A stretch of 64,000 nucleotides of DNA, from the NCBI GenBank assembly GCA_000165345.1, contig CM000432.1:832001-896000 (forward strand). Reading direction: 5' to 3'. A model generated the notes under the pieces. It did no database searches. It saw only the letters and a program-made list of their open reading frames with translations, and had not been told where the DNA came from. The translations under genes and the position numbers were made by a program. Within the stretch, counting starts at the first letter, position 1. Each line of letters starts with the position of its first letter. Below are positions 1 to 11,500 of this stretch, piece after piece.

Positions 1-13
1 TCAAGAGAAGGTT

Positions 14-1465
14 ATGGATAAGTTAATATCTGTAATAGATTCTATGCAAAAGAGGCCACCCTTGAAAAAAGAATACGCCTATGGTGCAGTAATGAATCAT
101 AACATTAGTGATCTGAAAAATCAAGAATTACTTTATGAGGGGTATATGGATTCTAAAAATGATGAAAATAAGGACTCTTTAAGAAGATTAAGAGATTACG
201 AAGAAAGGAAAATCAAAAATGAGTTAAAGAATGCATCATTGACAAGGACATTCTACTCAAAACCTAGTAGCGCACTTGCTTCTGAACTGAATGCTTATTC
301 GACCGCACTTAATTCCAGTCCAAAAAAGAATGGTTCCGGTTCAGGTTCAGGTTCAGGTTCAGGTTCTGATTCTGGTTCAAGTTCCAGTTCCATTTTTGAT
401 TCCGTTTTTGGTTCTGATTCTAAGTCTGGCTCCAAAAAAGAAGCGGCCATATCAAGGAGTACAGATTTAAATAATCCCAAAACTAGATCTGTAAGTGTAG
501 GGTTCTCGGATAGTTCTATTGAAGACTACTCTAGTGCTCAAAGCCATATTTCTGAATCCGGTAGAAGTTCTTCTGCAGATAACAATGTTGAGTCTAGAGC
601 AAATACTGATGAATATGAAGGTTCAACAGAAGAAAATCTTCGCATTAAAACTCCAACACTGCCTCAAACTCATAAGAGTTATTCAACAAGTTCACCTAAA
701 ACCTTGGATAATCTAGCTGAAGAAGAGGAAGAACTGGGCATTCCAGGTACAAATCCCGAAAAAGGACCCTCTGAAAGCCCCATAAAAATGCTTGAATCAG
801 AGTTAATGAAACTACAAGATTTAGTAGAACTTGACTTAAAAAAGAGCACAGCCTCAAATAATTTTGGAAGGGTAAAACCAAAGACTTCTTATACTCAAGA
901 TGAATATTTAGTTCGAACTTCAAGTCCAGAAGAAAACATCTTAAATACGGGAAAAGTAGGAATTGGTAGAATTAGAAGGACCAGAGAAAGCATAGAAAAT
1001 AAAACGCATTCCCCAGAAAACAAATCAGTTTCTAAGCCCTTTGTTACGGTTGGAAGGCTCAAATCTCCAACTAGAGCAACATCAATTGATAAAATGAGAC
1101 CTATTAAGGAAGATGATGACTCAAATTTTGACTATAACACAGCAACAGGAGTTTTCAATATTAGATCAACCAAAGTAGCCATGGATAGTCAAAATGCAAG
1201 GTTGAAAATGGAGGAGCAACTAAGAAACCCCTACAGTGCTCCATTGTTTTCTCCTTCTGACATCTTAGAAGCAAGAGAGACTCATTTTATAGGTGATAAA
1301 CCTCAGGCAAAAAGTCAGCCTAATACTTTCAGAAGAGGCATGATGGCTTCCATGTCTCAGAATATGGCGGGGAACTCATTTCCTGCAGGCCTCGGCCCCC
1401 CTCTTGTAAGAGTGCAAAAGGTTAAAGGAGAGGTAAGAAAGAATGTTATTAGAAGAAAAATGTGA
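14..1465 (+). CDS. Hypothetical Ser/Gly-rich protein of 483 aa. No upstream in-frame stop within the window, so it may extend 5' of it.
   Basis: Long ORF with an internal (GGTTCA)n tract encoding GSGSGSGSGSGSDSGSSSSS. Lys/Glu/Ser-rich low-complexity sequence. No recognisable domain. Confidence 0.5.
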   Translation: MDKLISVIDSMQKRPPLKKEYAYGAVMNHNISDLKNQELLYEGYMDSKNDENKDSLRRLRDYEERKIKNELKNASLTRTFYSKPSSALASELNAYSTALNSSPKKNGSGSGSGSGSGSDSGSSSSSIFDSVFGSDSKSGSKKEAAISRSTDLNNPKTRSVSVGFSDSSIEDYSSAQSHISESGRSSSADNNVESRANTDEYEGSTEENLRIKTPTLPQTHKSYSTSSPKTLDNLAEEEEELGIPGTNPEKGPSESPIKMLESELMKLQDLVELDLKKSTASNNFGRVKPKTSYTQDEYLVRTSSPEENILNTGKVGIGRIRRTRESIENKTHSPENKSVSKPFVTVGRLKSPTRATSIDKMRPIKEDDDSNFDYNTATGVFNIRSTKVAMDSQNARLKMEEQLRNPYSAPLFSPSDILEARETHFIGDKPQAKSQPNTFRRGMMASMSQNMAGNSFPAGLGPPLVRVQKVKGEVRKNVIRRKM

Positions 1466-2025
1466 ATACTCAATTAGATACTTTGAGAAGATCAAAATTA
1501 TAACCCAATTATCTATCTATCTGTTTTTATTTTGTTTTGCGCTCAATTGCATTTTTCTTCTACTTGGAAATTTTTTTTTAGTATTAACTAAACATGGCAT
1601 GAGGCTTTACATGCGATGCATTTTTTGGCGGGATCAGCAAATATTTAAATTTCAAAATATTAATAAGCAAAAAGAACAAGTAGATCAATTCTACTTTTAA
1701 AATTTAAAACATATGATGATTTTTTTGGTAGTTTGGTTATATTAAGGTCTATATAGGATATTCTAATATTTGAATTGTTGAAGTAGATGGATTTTTACCA
1801 AGTGTGTAAGTGAACAAATTTTTACACACAAAATTACCCAAATAGTACGTAGGTAGAATAGAAACATTAGGAAAATTCGCGAAAGGGTTAATAGCAGGTT
1901 TTTAAAGGAAAGAAGACATATTTAAAAAGACAAAATTTGGGCAGGGGTTAATGCAATAACGATTAAAGGCAGGAAAACTAAGCAAACATATAATTACTGA
2001 AGATATAGTAGTCTCATTCTGAATA

Positions 2026-3351
2026 ATGAGACTGTATTCATACTTTTTATTGGTTATCTTTTATTTTGTATGCTGTAATCTACACAAATTGGATACTGTA
2101 GATTGTATTAAGCTTCACAAAGGTGCTAATGACAATGTTCAGACGAAGGATGAATCAAAAGAAGGTAGTAAGGATATGAGCGAGGAAGAGCAATCAACCC
2201 AAGAAACAAGTAGTGATAGTAGTAATAATGATAATGATAATGATATTTCTTCAGGGACTGAGGAGAAATCAGATTCAGAAACTGAAAAAGGAGAGGATAA
2301 TAAAAGTGGCACTTCTGGAGCAATTGATGAAAAAAATGATGAGAATGCAAACACTGATTCAAAAGAGGAGCAGAATAATGCCACTAATGGTCAGGATGGA
2401 TCTCTCTTAAAAGGAGATAAAATGGAAGATGAGTCCATCGGTAATCAAATTAAGGATGCAGCCAAAGAAGAAGATGAGAAGAATGAACTAAAGAAGCTAG
2501 AAGAGTTTAAAAAAAGTGAAACATTAGATAAGGAGCCTGAAATAGAAAAGGAGCCATCAGAAAATCATGTGGAGAATGAAAAGAAGTATGAGATAGAAAG
2601 TGAGATCATTTCAAAGACTAGTACAAGTATTTCTGAAGTAAGAATGACAGATGAAAATGAATTTACAATAGATCATCCAACAGTGAATCAGGTAATTAAT
2701 AAGGTTATTCAGCCTTCAACTGAAGAAAAACAGCTTCAAATAGAGTTAAAGGATGACTTTGAACCAGAAAGTGGTATTGATGAAAGTAAACAGACTAAAT
2801 CTGTAATATTAACTTTTGATTTATCTTCTGAAGATCTTTTCAGTAAGATTTCTCTCATCTCTGATTCGAAACTAACATTAACAAGGTATATTGGTATGAA
2901 TCCACAAAAAGTAAAAATTACCTTAGTAGATCCAACAATAAGATTTGGCTCCCAACAGACAAGACTTTCTGAGCTAGCCAAATACGAATCAATGCAATTT
3001 GAGTTGAATCAAAAAGTTCCTGGAAAAGCTGATGTGATTTCTTTAAGTGAAATTTCAAACCAAATCCCTATAATACTTCAACAACACAATACAACAACTC
3101 TTAGATTCTTATTAGAAGCTGTAGACTCTCAGACCCAATTTGGTATACTTTCAAATATGGATGGAGTGGGGCCTACCATAGTGCTTGAGTTAAAGCCTAC
3201 AGTTGAATCAAATTCGACCTGGATGTATACCATTACAGGAGTTGCTGTAATTGTTGTCATTATTGGGGTTTCTATTGCTTTATACTTCCAAAATAAGAAT
3301 AAGGAATCTCAGAGGATTGAGAATATGCCTCTGTTAAATAACAAGGTTTAA
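2026..3351 (+). CDS. Type I membrane protein with a signal peptide, an acidic Ser/Glu/Asp-rich ectodomain and a C-terminal TM helix
   Basis: N-terminal hydrophobic MRLYSYFLLVIFYFVCC. C-terminal TM segment ITGVAVIVVIIGVSIALYF followed by a short basic tail. Confidence 0.55.
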   Translation: MRLYSYFLLVIFYFVCCNLHKLDTVDCIKLHKGANDNVQTKDESKEGSKDMSEEEQSTQETSSDSSNNDNDNDISSGTEEKSDSETEKGEDNKSGTSGAIDEKNDENANTDSKEEQNNATNGQDGSLLKGDKMEDESIGNQIKDAAKEEDEKNELKKLEEFKKSETLDKEPEIEKEPSENHVENEKKYEIESEIISKTSTSISEVRMTDENEFTIDHPTVNQVINKVIQPSTEEKQLQIELKDDFEPESGIDESKQTKSVILTFDLSSEDLFSKISLISDSKLTLTRYIGMNPQKVKITLVDPTIRFGSQQTRLSELAKYESMQFELNQKVPGKADVISLSEISNQIPIILQQHNTTTLRFLLEAVDSQTQFGILSNMDGVGPTIVLELKPTVESNSTWMYTITGVAVIVVIIGVSIALYFQNKNKESQRIENMPLLNNKV

Positions 3352-3744
3352 GCATTATTAATATTATTTAATTACTACTATTACTATCCTTAATATACCT
3401 ATGTAATTTTTCTTCAAGCTGTTTCATCTCATGCATGCAAACATTAAGTATTATTAAAACTTCCTTTCTTTAAAATCTATCTTTAATTAACTGATTAAAG
3501 TAATTTGGGGAAGAGGAGGAGGAGGACAAAGACGAAGGCAAAAAAATGAAAAACTGGAAGGAATTGGCGAAAATATATATATTTTTTCAATATTTACTAT
3601 TGAACAACAGTTATGAAATTAGCTTAATATCTAATAGTTATTTTAACAAATAAATACCTTAGGTTATCTTGAACACTAAACTTTAAAATATTAATTTTAA
3701 TATTATTAATTTCTATTCTGACCCACTTTTTTTTCATGCTTCAT

Positions 3745-3815
3745 TTGGCGGGCATACCGGAGTGACATGCAAAACTACTTGCAAGTAATAATCCAAATCC
3801 ATTAGTGGCGCCAAG
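3745..3815. promoter_or_regulatory. Pair of E2F-like sites, TTTGGCGGGCA (3745..3755) and TGGCGCCAAG (3806..3815)
   Basis: They lie 165-235 nt upstream of the 3980 gene. Confidence 0.35.
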
Positions 3816-3979
3816 TGAGAATTCGAGGATAAATAGGAAAATTCTGTGTCAGGGGGAAGAAGTAAAAAGAGAAGGTAAAAGGTGGAGAATTAATAGTGAA
3901 TAAGAGATAAGTAAGTTATTAAGACTTTGAGTAATGAAAGAGAGAGGTTGGTAGGCTTTGAGATTAGTAGAGGATAATA

Positions 3980-5086
3980 ATGGTCAAAAATCATTCAATT
4001 GTATTGATTTTCTTGACTTTAATATTATTATGGACTTTAGATAATGGGATTATAGGGGTTTTTTGCAAGAAAAAATCGAAGTATAAGATTGACAATCCAG
4101 AATTGGGACCAGAATCGAATTTAGATCGATCAAAAAGATTGAGAGAGGAGATTTTCGAACCAAGTGAGTTTGGAATTATTAAAAGTGATCGATTGCAGAT
4201 AATAGAGTCAGAATATGGCTCGATAACACAACTTCCAATTCGTGGTCACCAATCTTTTGATACTTCAAGGATTAGATCCCAGTCAATTTTGAGTGATCAG
4301 AATAATGGAATTGAGTTGATTAAACCTTATGAAGGTGTTTATGTTGATTATAATTTAACCAGCTTCTCTAATTTTATATCCAGAATTGTCGAGATGGATT
4401 TAGAAATGCATTTAACTTTTAAAGAGGTAACTGATAGAAAGTTATCTATTAGGAGAAGAGAAAGAGAAGTTTTAAGCCATTTGAATACACAATCCAACAC
4501 AAAAAATTCTCGTGAACAAAGCCATGAAAAACTTAATTCTATTGAGTTCCATAACATTAGCTTTCTATTTTTAGCAGGTTATTTTAAGAATGAGAATAAA
4601 TCATCAGGTTATGGTAATTCATTACAAGATTTTGTATTGGTATTTAAAGATAGCATTACATTGTCTAGACAAAATGCAAATCAATATTATGCTAAATATG
4701 GTATAACAACCTTCAAGGATAGGTTAACAGCAGTCATGAATTCAGAAGAAAGTATGTCAGTTAAGCATAAAGACCTTTTTTCAGATGGTAAAATCAATGT
4801 AGATCATCATAAGTTATCTTTTCTATATTTACCGCATAATGAAACGCGATTATATTTTTCAATGGATGGGACCCAGCGATTAATACTTCCAAAGTTGCAT
4901 ATTAAAGCAATTCAAACTCATCAAGAGGCAGATGACAAGCCAGAATTACCTTCTAAAGATGAAGATTCGAATTCAAAGAAGGTTGTAATTATTACATTTT
5001 TAATATTTACAATGTTTACATCTTTTATTATATTATTTTACATTATAATAACCTGGTATTTTAGAGGAATTCAAAAACATTCCTGA
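3980..5086 (+). CDS. Type I membrane protein of 368 aa with a signal peptide and a C-terminal TM helix
   Basis: N-terminal IVLIFLTLILLWTL and C-terminal VVIITFLIFTMFTSFIILFYIIITWYF. E2F-like TTTGGCGGGCA lies about 225 nt upstream. Confidence 0.55.
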   Translation: MVKNHSIVLIFLTLILLWTLDNGIIGVFCKKKSKYKIDNPELGPESNLDRSKRLREEIFEPSEFGIIKSDRLQIIESEYGSITQLPIRGHQSFDTSRIRSQSILSDQNNGIELIKPYEGVYVDYNLTSFSNFISRIVEMDLEMHLTFKEVTDRKLSIRRREREVLSHLNTQSNTKNSREQSHEKLNSIEFHNISFLFLAGYFKNENKSSGYGNSLQDFVLVFKDSITLSRQNANQYYAKYGITTFKDRLTAVMNSEESMSVKHKDLFSDGKINVDHHKLSFLYLPHNETRLYFSMDGTQRLILPKLHIKAIQTHQEADDKPELPSKDEDSNSKKVVIITFLIFTMFTSFIILFYIIITWYFRGIQKHS

Positions 5087-5230
5087 AATTGTTCTCATTA
5101 TTCATTAAAATAGTAGTTATATAGCTATATATACTTCTAAAACACATTAATAATAATATTGGCATTCAACAAGTTTAGGTTTCTAATCAATATATACACC
5201 TTTCAATTGTTATTTATTATATTATAAATA

Positions 5231-5506
5231 TTAATTTTCGTTTGATTCTTCAATTCTTTCAATGTAGATTGGTGACATTGGGTCTGCTTCTTTAATAAGA
5301 CTTAGATCAAATTTATGTTTAGCTATCTTTGAGTTACTATTCAAAGGAGGCATTTTTGATATCTCAAGTTGATTTATTTTCAAGAAGTAGACATTCTTTT
5401 CGATTGAGTCAACGTTATCAATTACAAGTAATTGTGCTATTCCTTGTATTGGACTCTGTTCCATCATAACTTCCTTATTATCATTGCAAATCACTATATA
5501 TAAAAT
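5231..5506 (-). CDS. Exon 2 of the same gene
   Basis: A TTATTCGTAG acceptor ends at 5507. Exon 2 starts at 5506, in frame with ORF 5231..5494. The intron 5507..5580 is 74 nt. Confidence 0.55.
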   Translation of the reverse strand: MLYIVICNDNKEVMMEQSPIQGIAQLLVIDNVDSIEKNVYFLKINQLEISKMPPLNSNSKIAKHKFDLSLIKEADPMSPIYIERIEESNEN

Positions 5507-5580
5507 CTACGAATAAAAGTCAATTAGAGTTCGTTATTCCTCCAATAATATATATATTAGTGGAAGACTTGATGACTTAC

Positions 5581-6831
5581 CTCATTTTTAAGTACAAAAC
5601 TACTTTCTGAAATAGGGTATTCAATCCTCCCATTACAAGGCATCTTTATTAAGATTTCTTTTGAAGAACTTGGAAATCTTTCCTCACCTAAATTGATCCC
5701 ATTCAGTTCAAGCCACATAATACCAATTGGGTCTGCTATTTGAATAATAGGCGAATTAAAGCTTTGATCTAAAAAGTTGATAGTTGTCTTATTCTCAGAT
5801 TTGTTTTGTTGAAGAGATTCTGTATAACCTCTAGAAGGTGAAATTAAATGTTTTATGACAATTTTCTCTTTTTCAATACAAATAAACTCAACAATTTGTT
5901 CTCCTTTTACAAATACTTTTCCATGTTCTTTTCCCCAAGCTACTCTTCCATTACAAGGCATAAATAATGGAATTGCAATTAAATTACTTTCAAATATGGG
6001 AGGGTAATAGTTTTCAAGTATTCTAAGTATAACTTCTCCTTTTCTAACAAAGAATTTTTTGTTTAAATCCAATTTTGAGTTAATATTATCAGATATATTT
6101 AAAATCATTCTTCCATTTAAAAATTCAATTACTTTACCTTTAAATGGACTATATCTCTCTTTAATATTTCCATTCATGCAATAAATTATATAAAGAGATT
6201 TATTTTCATGAAAAATTAACGTCTCCTCAAGTTCTATATTGAATTGTATTTCTCCATCACAAGGTGAAATTAGAGATGCCCATATATATTCAGAGTTTTC
6301 TTTTAAATTTATGTTGAGTTGATCTTCTTTTTCAAGTTTTCCAAGGTTATTTAGATTGAGTTTATTATCTCCTCTGTAGAATATTACATTGGATTTTTCT
6401 AGAGTTCCAATTCCAAAATCATTATTGATTGAATTTGCTGTGTTATTTTTAAAGTTATTTTGAATTGGTTGTCCAAATCTAGAAAATTCATTAATAATAG
6501 GAATAAATGATTTGTTTGAGAAAATTTCTTCATCTGTAATATTATTATTATTATTATTTTTAATTTTCCATATTTTATTAATTTCTTTAATACCAATATA
6601 GTCTTTATAATACCAATAAAGTTGTCTCTTTTCAAATTCAGAAAGTTCTGATTGTTTGGAGATTTTTGGAGTTCTTTCTTCATAAGGCTTGAATTTTTCT
6701 TTTTGTTCTTTAATAATTCTGAAAAATTTCACTATTACTGAGCATGTTATTTCTTTTGTAAAACTATGAAATACTCCAAAAAAAACAATAATATATATAT
6801 ATATTAAATACCTTTTATTAACAACCATCAT
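5581..6831 (-). CDS. Exon 1 of a two-exon gene encoding a repeat protein with PC[DN]G[ER] beta-barrel-like repeats. The spliced product would be about 508 aa.
   Basis: ORF 5557..6831 runs through a GTAAGT donor at 5580 and then terminates after 8 codons. Splicing to the downstream ORF is in frame (phase 0). Confidence 0.6.
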
Positions 6832-7006
6832 TAATATTATTTGCTTAGGACGATTTATTACTTATTTTCCTTTTTTTTCGCTCTTTTTTTGTTCTTTTTA
6901 CTTTACTCAAATAAGTAAGTTTTGCAATAAATATTCATATTTTCTTCTTTTTTTTTAATATTTTTATTCAATTTATTTTTTACCCCATGCAAAAAAATAA
7001 AATTTA

Positions 7007-7062
7007 ACGGTATAGCAAACCAAATTTCTATACCGGTGCACTATTTTTCCTATACCGGTGCA
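7007..7062. promoter_or_regulatory. Inverted plus direct repeat of the ATACCGG(T) element
   Basis: The arrangement is ACGGTATAG-(12 nt)-CTATACCGGTGCA-(9 nt)-CTATACCGGTGCA, in the divergent promoter between the 5231..6831(-) and 7264(+) genes. Confidence 0.4.
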
Positions 7063-7263
7063 TTTGCATTTTTTTCAATTTTTTTGCTTATCACCCACCC
7101 CCACACAAATTTATAATTATAATGGAAACTTTAATTTATTATTATTTAATATGAACAATTAGAACCTAGAAATTAGAAACTAGAATTATAATACATATTA
7201 ATCTCAAGTTAGTCAAATTTAATGCAAGAATTTGGTAAAGTTATATTATGTTAAATATAAATA

Positions 7264-7626
7264 ATGTATATGTTATTAAAAAAAATATTATTGTCGATTT
7301 TTTTTTTAAATTGGTTTTTAATAATAAAAAGAATTAAAGGGATTGATTTGAATGATGATAAGGAAATATTAATAAGAGAATTGGGTATCCCTTTAAGAAT
7401 GAAACCATTTGGAGAAAATAGAGTTCCTAGTTTAAGAAATTTTAATTATAAAACTCAAGGAGAAAATAATAATTATAGAGTGGAAATTAATAATTTATAT
7501 ATTAATGATAGATTTCAATTATCTTACTATTTGAAAATAGGTGATAAAAATGCTAAGTTTTTGTCTTGTGGTTTCAAGTTTAGGTTTAATAATACAACTT
7601 TACCAATGCTTGTAAATAGAGGAGAG
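7264..7626 (+). CDS. Exon 1 of a two-exon gene encoding a signal-peptide protein (about 338 aa after splicing)
   Basis: A GTAAGT donor sits at 7627 directly after codon GAG. The ORF stops shortly after if the intron is left unspliced. Confidence 0.55.
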
Positions 7627-7711
7627 GTAAGTTTTAATAAATTAAAGAAAAAAGGAAATTATTTTAGTTCAATTAATTAACTAATTATATATTGAAAATA
7701 ATTTTTGTCAG

Positions 7712-8365
7712 ATATTAGGAACTTTGATTTGTGGGGAAAAAATGAGCTCTAAAAAAGAGCTGCCAATATTATCTTATTGTTATGGACAGGTTCAACTGGC
7801 TTATCCATTTCTACCACTTCCAATAATTCTTTTAAAAGAAGAAGATACGTTTTTGATTCAATTATGTGCAAAAAAGTTTCCAGATTATAAAGGAATTCCT
7901 TATAAATTTCCAATAATTCCTCAAGATCAGAAGATTTCATTTAATAATACATTATTTGAAACAAATTACTTAAAACTTGAGAATAAAAGTTCAAAGATCA
8001 TTTATAAAGTTAATGAGAAACAATCCAATATAATTGAATGTGTAATAAATCGATTATTTGATGGTAAAATCTTTCAAGTATTGGAATATTCCATTATAGG
8101 AATAATTGCATGCAAATTAAAGATGAAAGATCAAAAAATACAAATAGAAAGAAAAGTTATTAGAGCTTTTTGTAGTGGTAGTTCAAGTTTTCAATCTGGG
8201 AATAATACTGATTTTATTTATGGTGTTTTTAAAGTAAATAAAAAATTTCCATTTAATTGGATAGAATGTATTTCAAATCCTGAAGATTTGTTAGAAAAGA
8301 AATTAATGAATCCAGATCAAGCCATAAAAGATGCTTTATATGAAATGGATGAAGAAGAATTTTAG
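7712..8365 (+). CDS. Exon 2 of the same gene
   Basis: A TTTTTGTCAG acceptor ends at 7711. 7712 is in frame with ORF 7724..8365, whose track start is a TTG artefact. The intron 7627..7711 is 85 nt. Confidence 0.55.
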   Translation: MLGTLICGEKMSSKKELPILSYCYGQVQLAYPFLPLPIILLKEEDTFLIQLCAKKFPDYKGIPYKFPIIPQDQKISFNNTLFETNYLKLENKSSKIIYKVNEKQSNIIECVINRLFDGKIFQVLEYSIIGIIACKLKMKDQKIQIERKVIRAFCSGSSSFQSGNNTDFIYGVFKVNKKFPFNWIECISNPEDLLEKKLMNPDQAIKDALYEMDEEEF

Positions 8366-8596
8366 TGGAAGGTTTTCTTTCTTTATAATGTTTACAATCG
8401 AGTGTTTTATCAAACTGTAGTTAACGTTTGACTAAAAACTAAAGAATATATCCTTTTTTCTCATTTTTCCTGTTTTATCTCCTTCCATCCATTTGCTTTG
8501 TTTCCCTATTCTCTTTCTCAATCCTCATTCTTTATAATTTTCTTTTTCTTCAAAATCATCTTATATAGTACTTTACAAGATGAAGAATATACAATA

Positions 8597-11500
8597 TTAA
8601 AGATTATATATATATGTATTATTTGTTAAATTAATTATACTATGCTTTCTATTGCTCCAAAAAGATTCAAATTCTATGAATTCTTGAATTTGTTGATTAA
8701 AGGAAATAGATTGATAAATTGAATCAAAATTTTCTTTTTGTTTGGTTTTAATCAAGTCTTGAATTATTCTTTCTTCATCAATCATGAATTTAACTTTAAT
8801 TGTTGGGACTTGAATTTCAAGATTATGGCTATGCTTTTTGGAAGTAATTTGTATTGTCTCAGATTTTGATCTAAGTTTTGAATTATATTGGCTATATTCA
8901 CTTTCAGATCTTCTTTTTCTTTTCTGTTCTCTCTTTTCCAAGAAAGATTGCTTTGGATTTGGTGAATTTTGACTTCTTTTTTTGACCTTCTTATTATTTT
9001 GGAATTCTTGTTTTTCCTTGCTGTTTTGTGATCTTGATCTTGATCTTGGCTTTGATCTTGACTTTGATCCTGATTTTGACCTTTTCTTTTCTTTTCTTGA
9101 AGATGTAATAGATGATTCTCTATAACTTGGAGAGAAATCTTGTTTCTTTGAATGACTCATTTCTGAACTTTGATCTGGATTTTGTGACTTTGATCTTTCT
9201 GTGGCATTTTTATTGGAATTTGGTTCTAAAGTAATTCCATTGGTTGTATTGTTTGTTGAATACTGTGTTTGATTTGAAATTGGAGTTAAAGAAGAATTTT
9301 GAGCTGGATATGGAAAAGGAACTGGAGAGTATGGAAAAGGAGTTAAATGGTATGGGTAAGGATATAGATATGGATATGGAGTTGGAGTTGGATAAGCAAA
9401 AGAGGTTGGAATTGGATATGGAGGTGCCAGATAAGTCAACGCAGTTGGAGCTAAGGTTGGACCTGGAACTGGATGAGGAACTGGAGTTGGATATGTAGCT
9501 AAGCTTGGATTTGGGGCCGGAACTGGAGCTGGACCTGGGGTTGGAGCAGAAGCTGGAACTGAAGTTGAAGAAACCATTGTTTGTGAAAGACTCGGATCCC
9601 TTGAAGGTTCTACTTGAGATATATATGAACCAGGAGCCGAAGCTGAAGCTGGAACTGAAGCTGGAACCGAAGCTGGAACCGAAGCTGGAACCGAAGTTGA
9701 AAAAACCACTGCCTGTGAAAGACTCGGATCCCTTGAAGGTTCTACTTGAGATATATATAAACCAGGAGCTGAGTTTGGAACCGAAGCTGGAATTGAAGTT
9801 GGGGAAGCCACTATTTGTGAAAGACTCGGATCTCTTGAAGGTTCTACTTGAGATATATATGAACCAGGAGCCGAAGCTGAAGCTGGAGCCGAGGCTGGAA
9901 CTGAAGTTGGGGAAACTACTTTCTGTGAAAGACTCGGATCCTTTGAAGGTTCTACATGAGTTATAACTGGAGAAGCTGCTTTCTGAGAAAGACTCGAATC
10001 AACAAATGTATTATCTACTGAAGTCAAATGAGATCCTCCAAAAGGTCTTGGAAGACGCTTTAAAGATTTTTTACTATCTTTTGAGTCTGGATTTGAAACA
10101 TCAAATTTATTATTTGTAATAGGCTTTGATGGTTCTAAAATAAAAGTAGAAGAAGATATCTGAGAATTTAATTTTGAAAAACTATTAGAATGAGAATCTT
10201 TAGAATTTGGAGAATTTTGAGATCCTAAAGAGAATAATTCTTGAGGTGAATTTTGAGAATTAGCAATACCCAATGATGATGATTTTGAAGAAGAAAAATT
10301 ACTTTGATTTATACCTGAATCTTTCAAAGAAGTTAATCCATAAGATAAATCATTTTCATTGTTATAATAATGATCCTCACCATCAATATCTGAATCAAAA
10401 ATTGGTGAAATATCCTCCGCTGGTAGGGATATAACTTCTTTTTTTAAACCATTATCTCTCTCAATTTTATCTTTAGTAGAAAAAGAATTACCATTACAAT
10501 AAATATTATACTTTTCAAGATCCATCTTATCATAAAATGGTAAATTAATTTGAAATCTTGTATTACTGCTACTCACTGTATCCTCATACCAAAATCCTCT
10601 ATTTTTTAAAATTACTAAAGAATTAAATTCTATTTCATTTTCTGAAGGAAAAATCTCCAAATCACAATTTGGACATTTAAATATATCATTACAATTTAAA
10701 CAATCTTCTTGTGAATCTACAGATGATTTTCCAGCATTCCTAACTGCTTCCATTTTCAAATCATTGTTAATCTTATCTCTAAGAATTACCATCTGTCTAG
10801 CATCCATATCCATTCTTTCATCTTGTTCTTTATTTATTGTATTCATTAATGATCTTCTAAATATAAACTCTTGTCTTAATAATTCCATCTTATTTTGATC
10901 TATATCAATCTTCTTCTTTCTATGTGATCCTAAATTATCTATTATTGACTTTTCTCTATATTCTTCTCTTATAAATATATAATGTAAACTACTTATTATA
11001 CCAGAATATGAAAATATACCTATATGTTGCATATTCTCACCTATTCTAATTGGTGAATAATATCCTTTTCCTTCATATATATACCAAACCCCTTTAAATA
11101 AAAGAATACTTATTGTATTATTTTCCAACAAATCTTTATCCAAATCCTTTATTAACTCTTTTGGAAGTTTTTTTCCATATTTAAAACCTGACCACATATT
11201 TATATCAACATATTTATATATACAATAATTTATTGAATTATCAATTACTTCGCCAACTAAAACTGGAAATAAACCACTAAATGGACGCATTTTACTAACT
11301 TCTTTAATAAACTTTATTTCTTCCTTCTTTCTTAATTCTACTCTTATTCTTCTATATAATCCTATACTTTGTAACTTTGCATCATTATTAAATTTTTCTA
11401 TTACATCTTTTTTTGCCTTTTCTATACATTCAAGATGATCCACAACAAATAACATTAAACTATCAGTAAATATGTTTCTTTGTTCTGAATATGGAAAAAC

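Noticed and set aside
9244-9966. Plus-strand ORFs of 84 and 153 aa encoding KLELKLEPKLEPK repeats
   Set aside because: They are the opposite-strand reading of the tandem repeats in the 8597..11608 gene.},{
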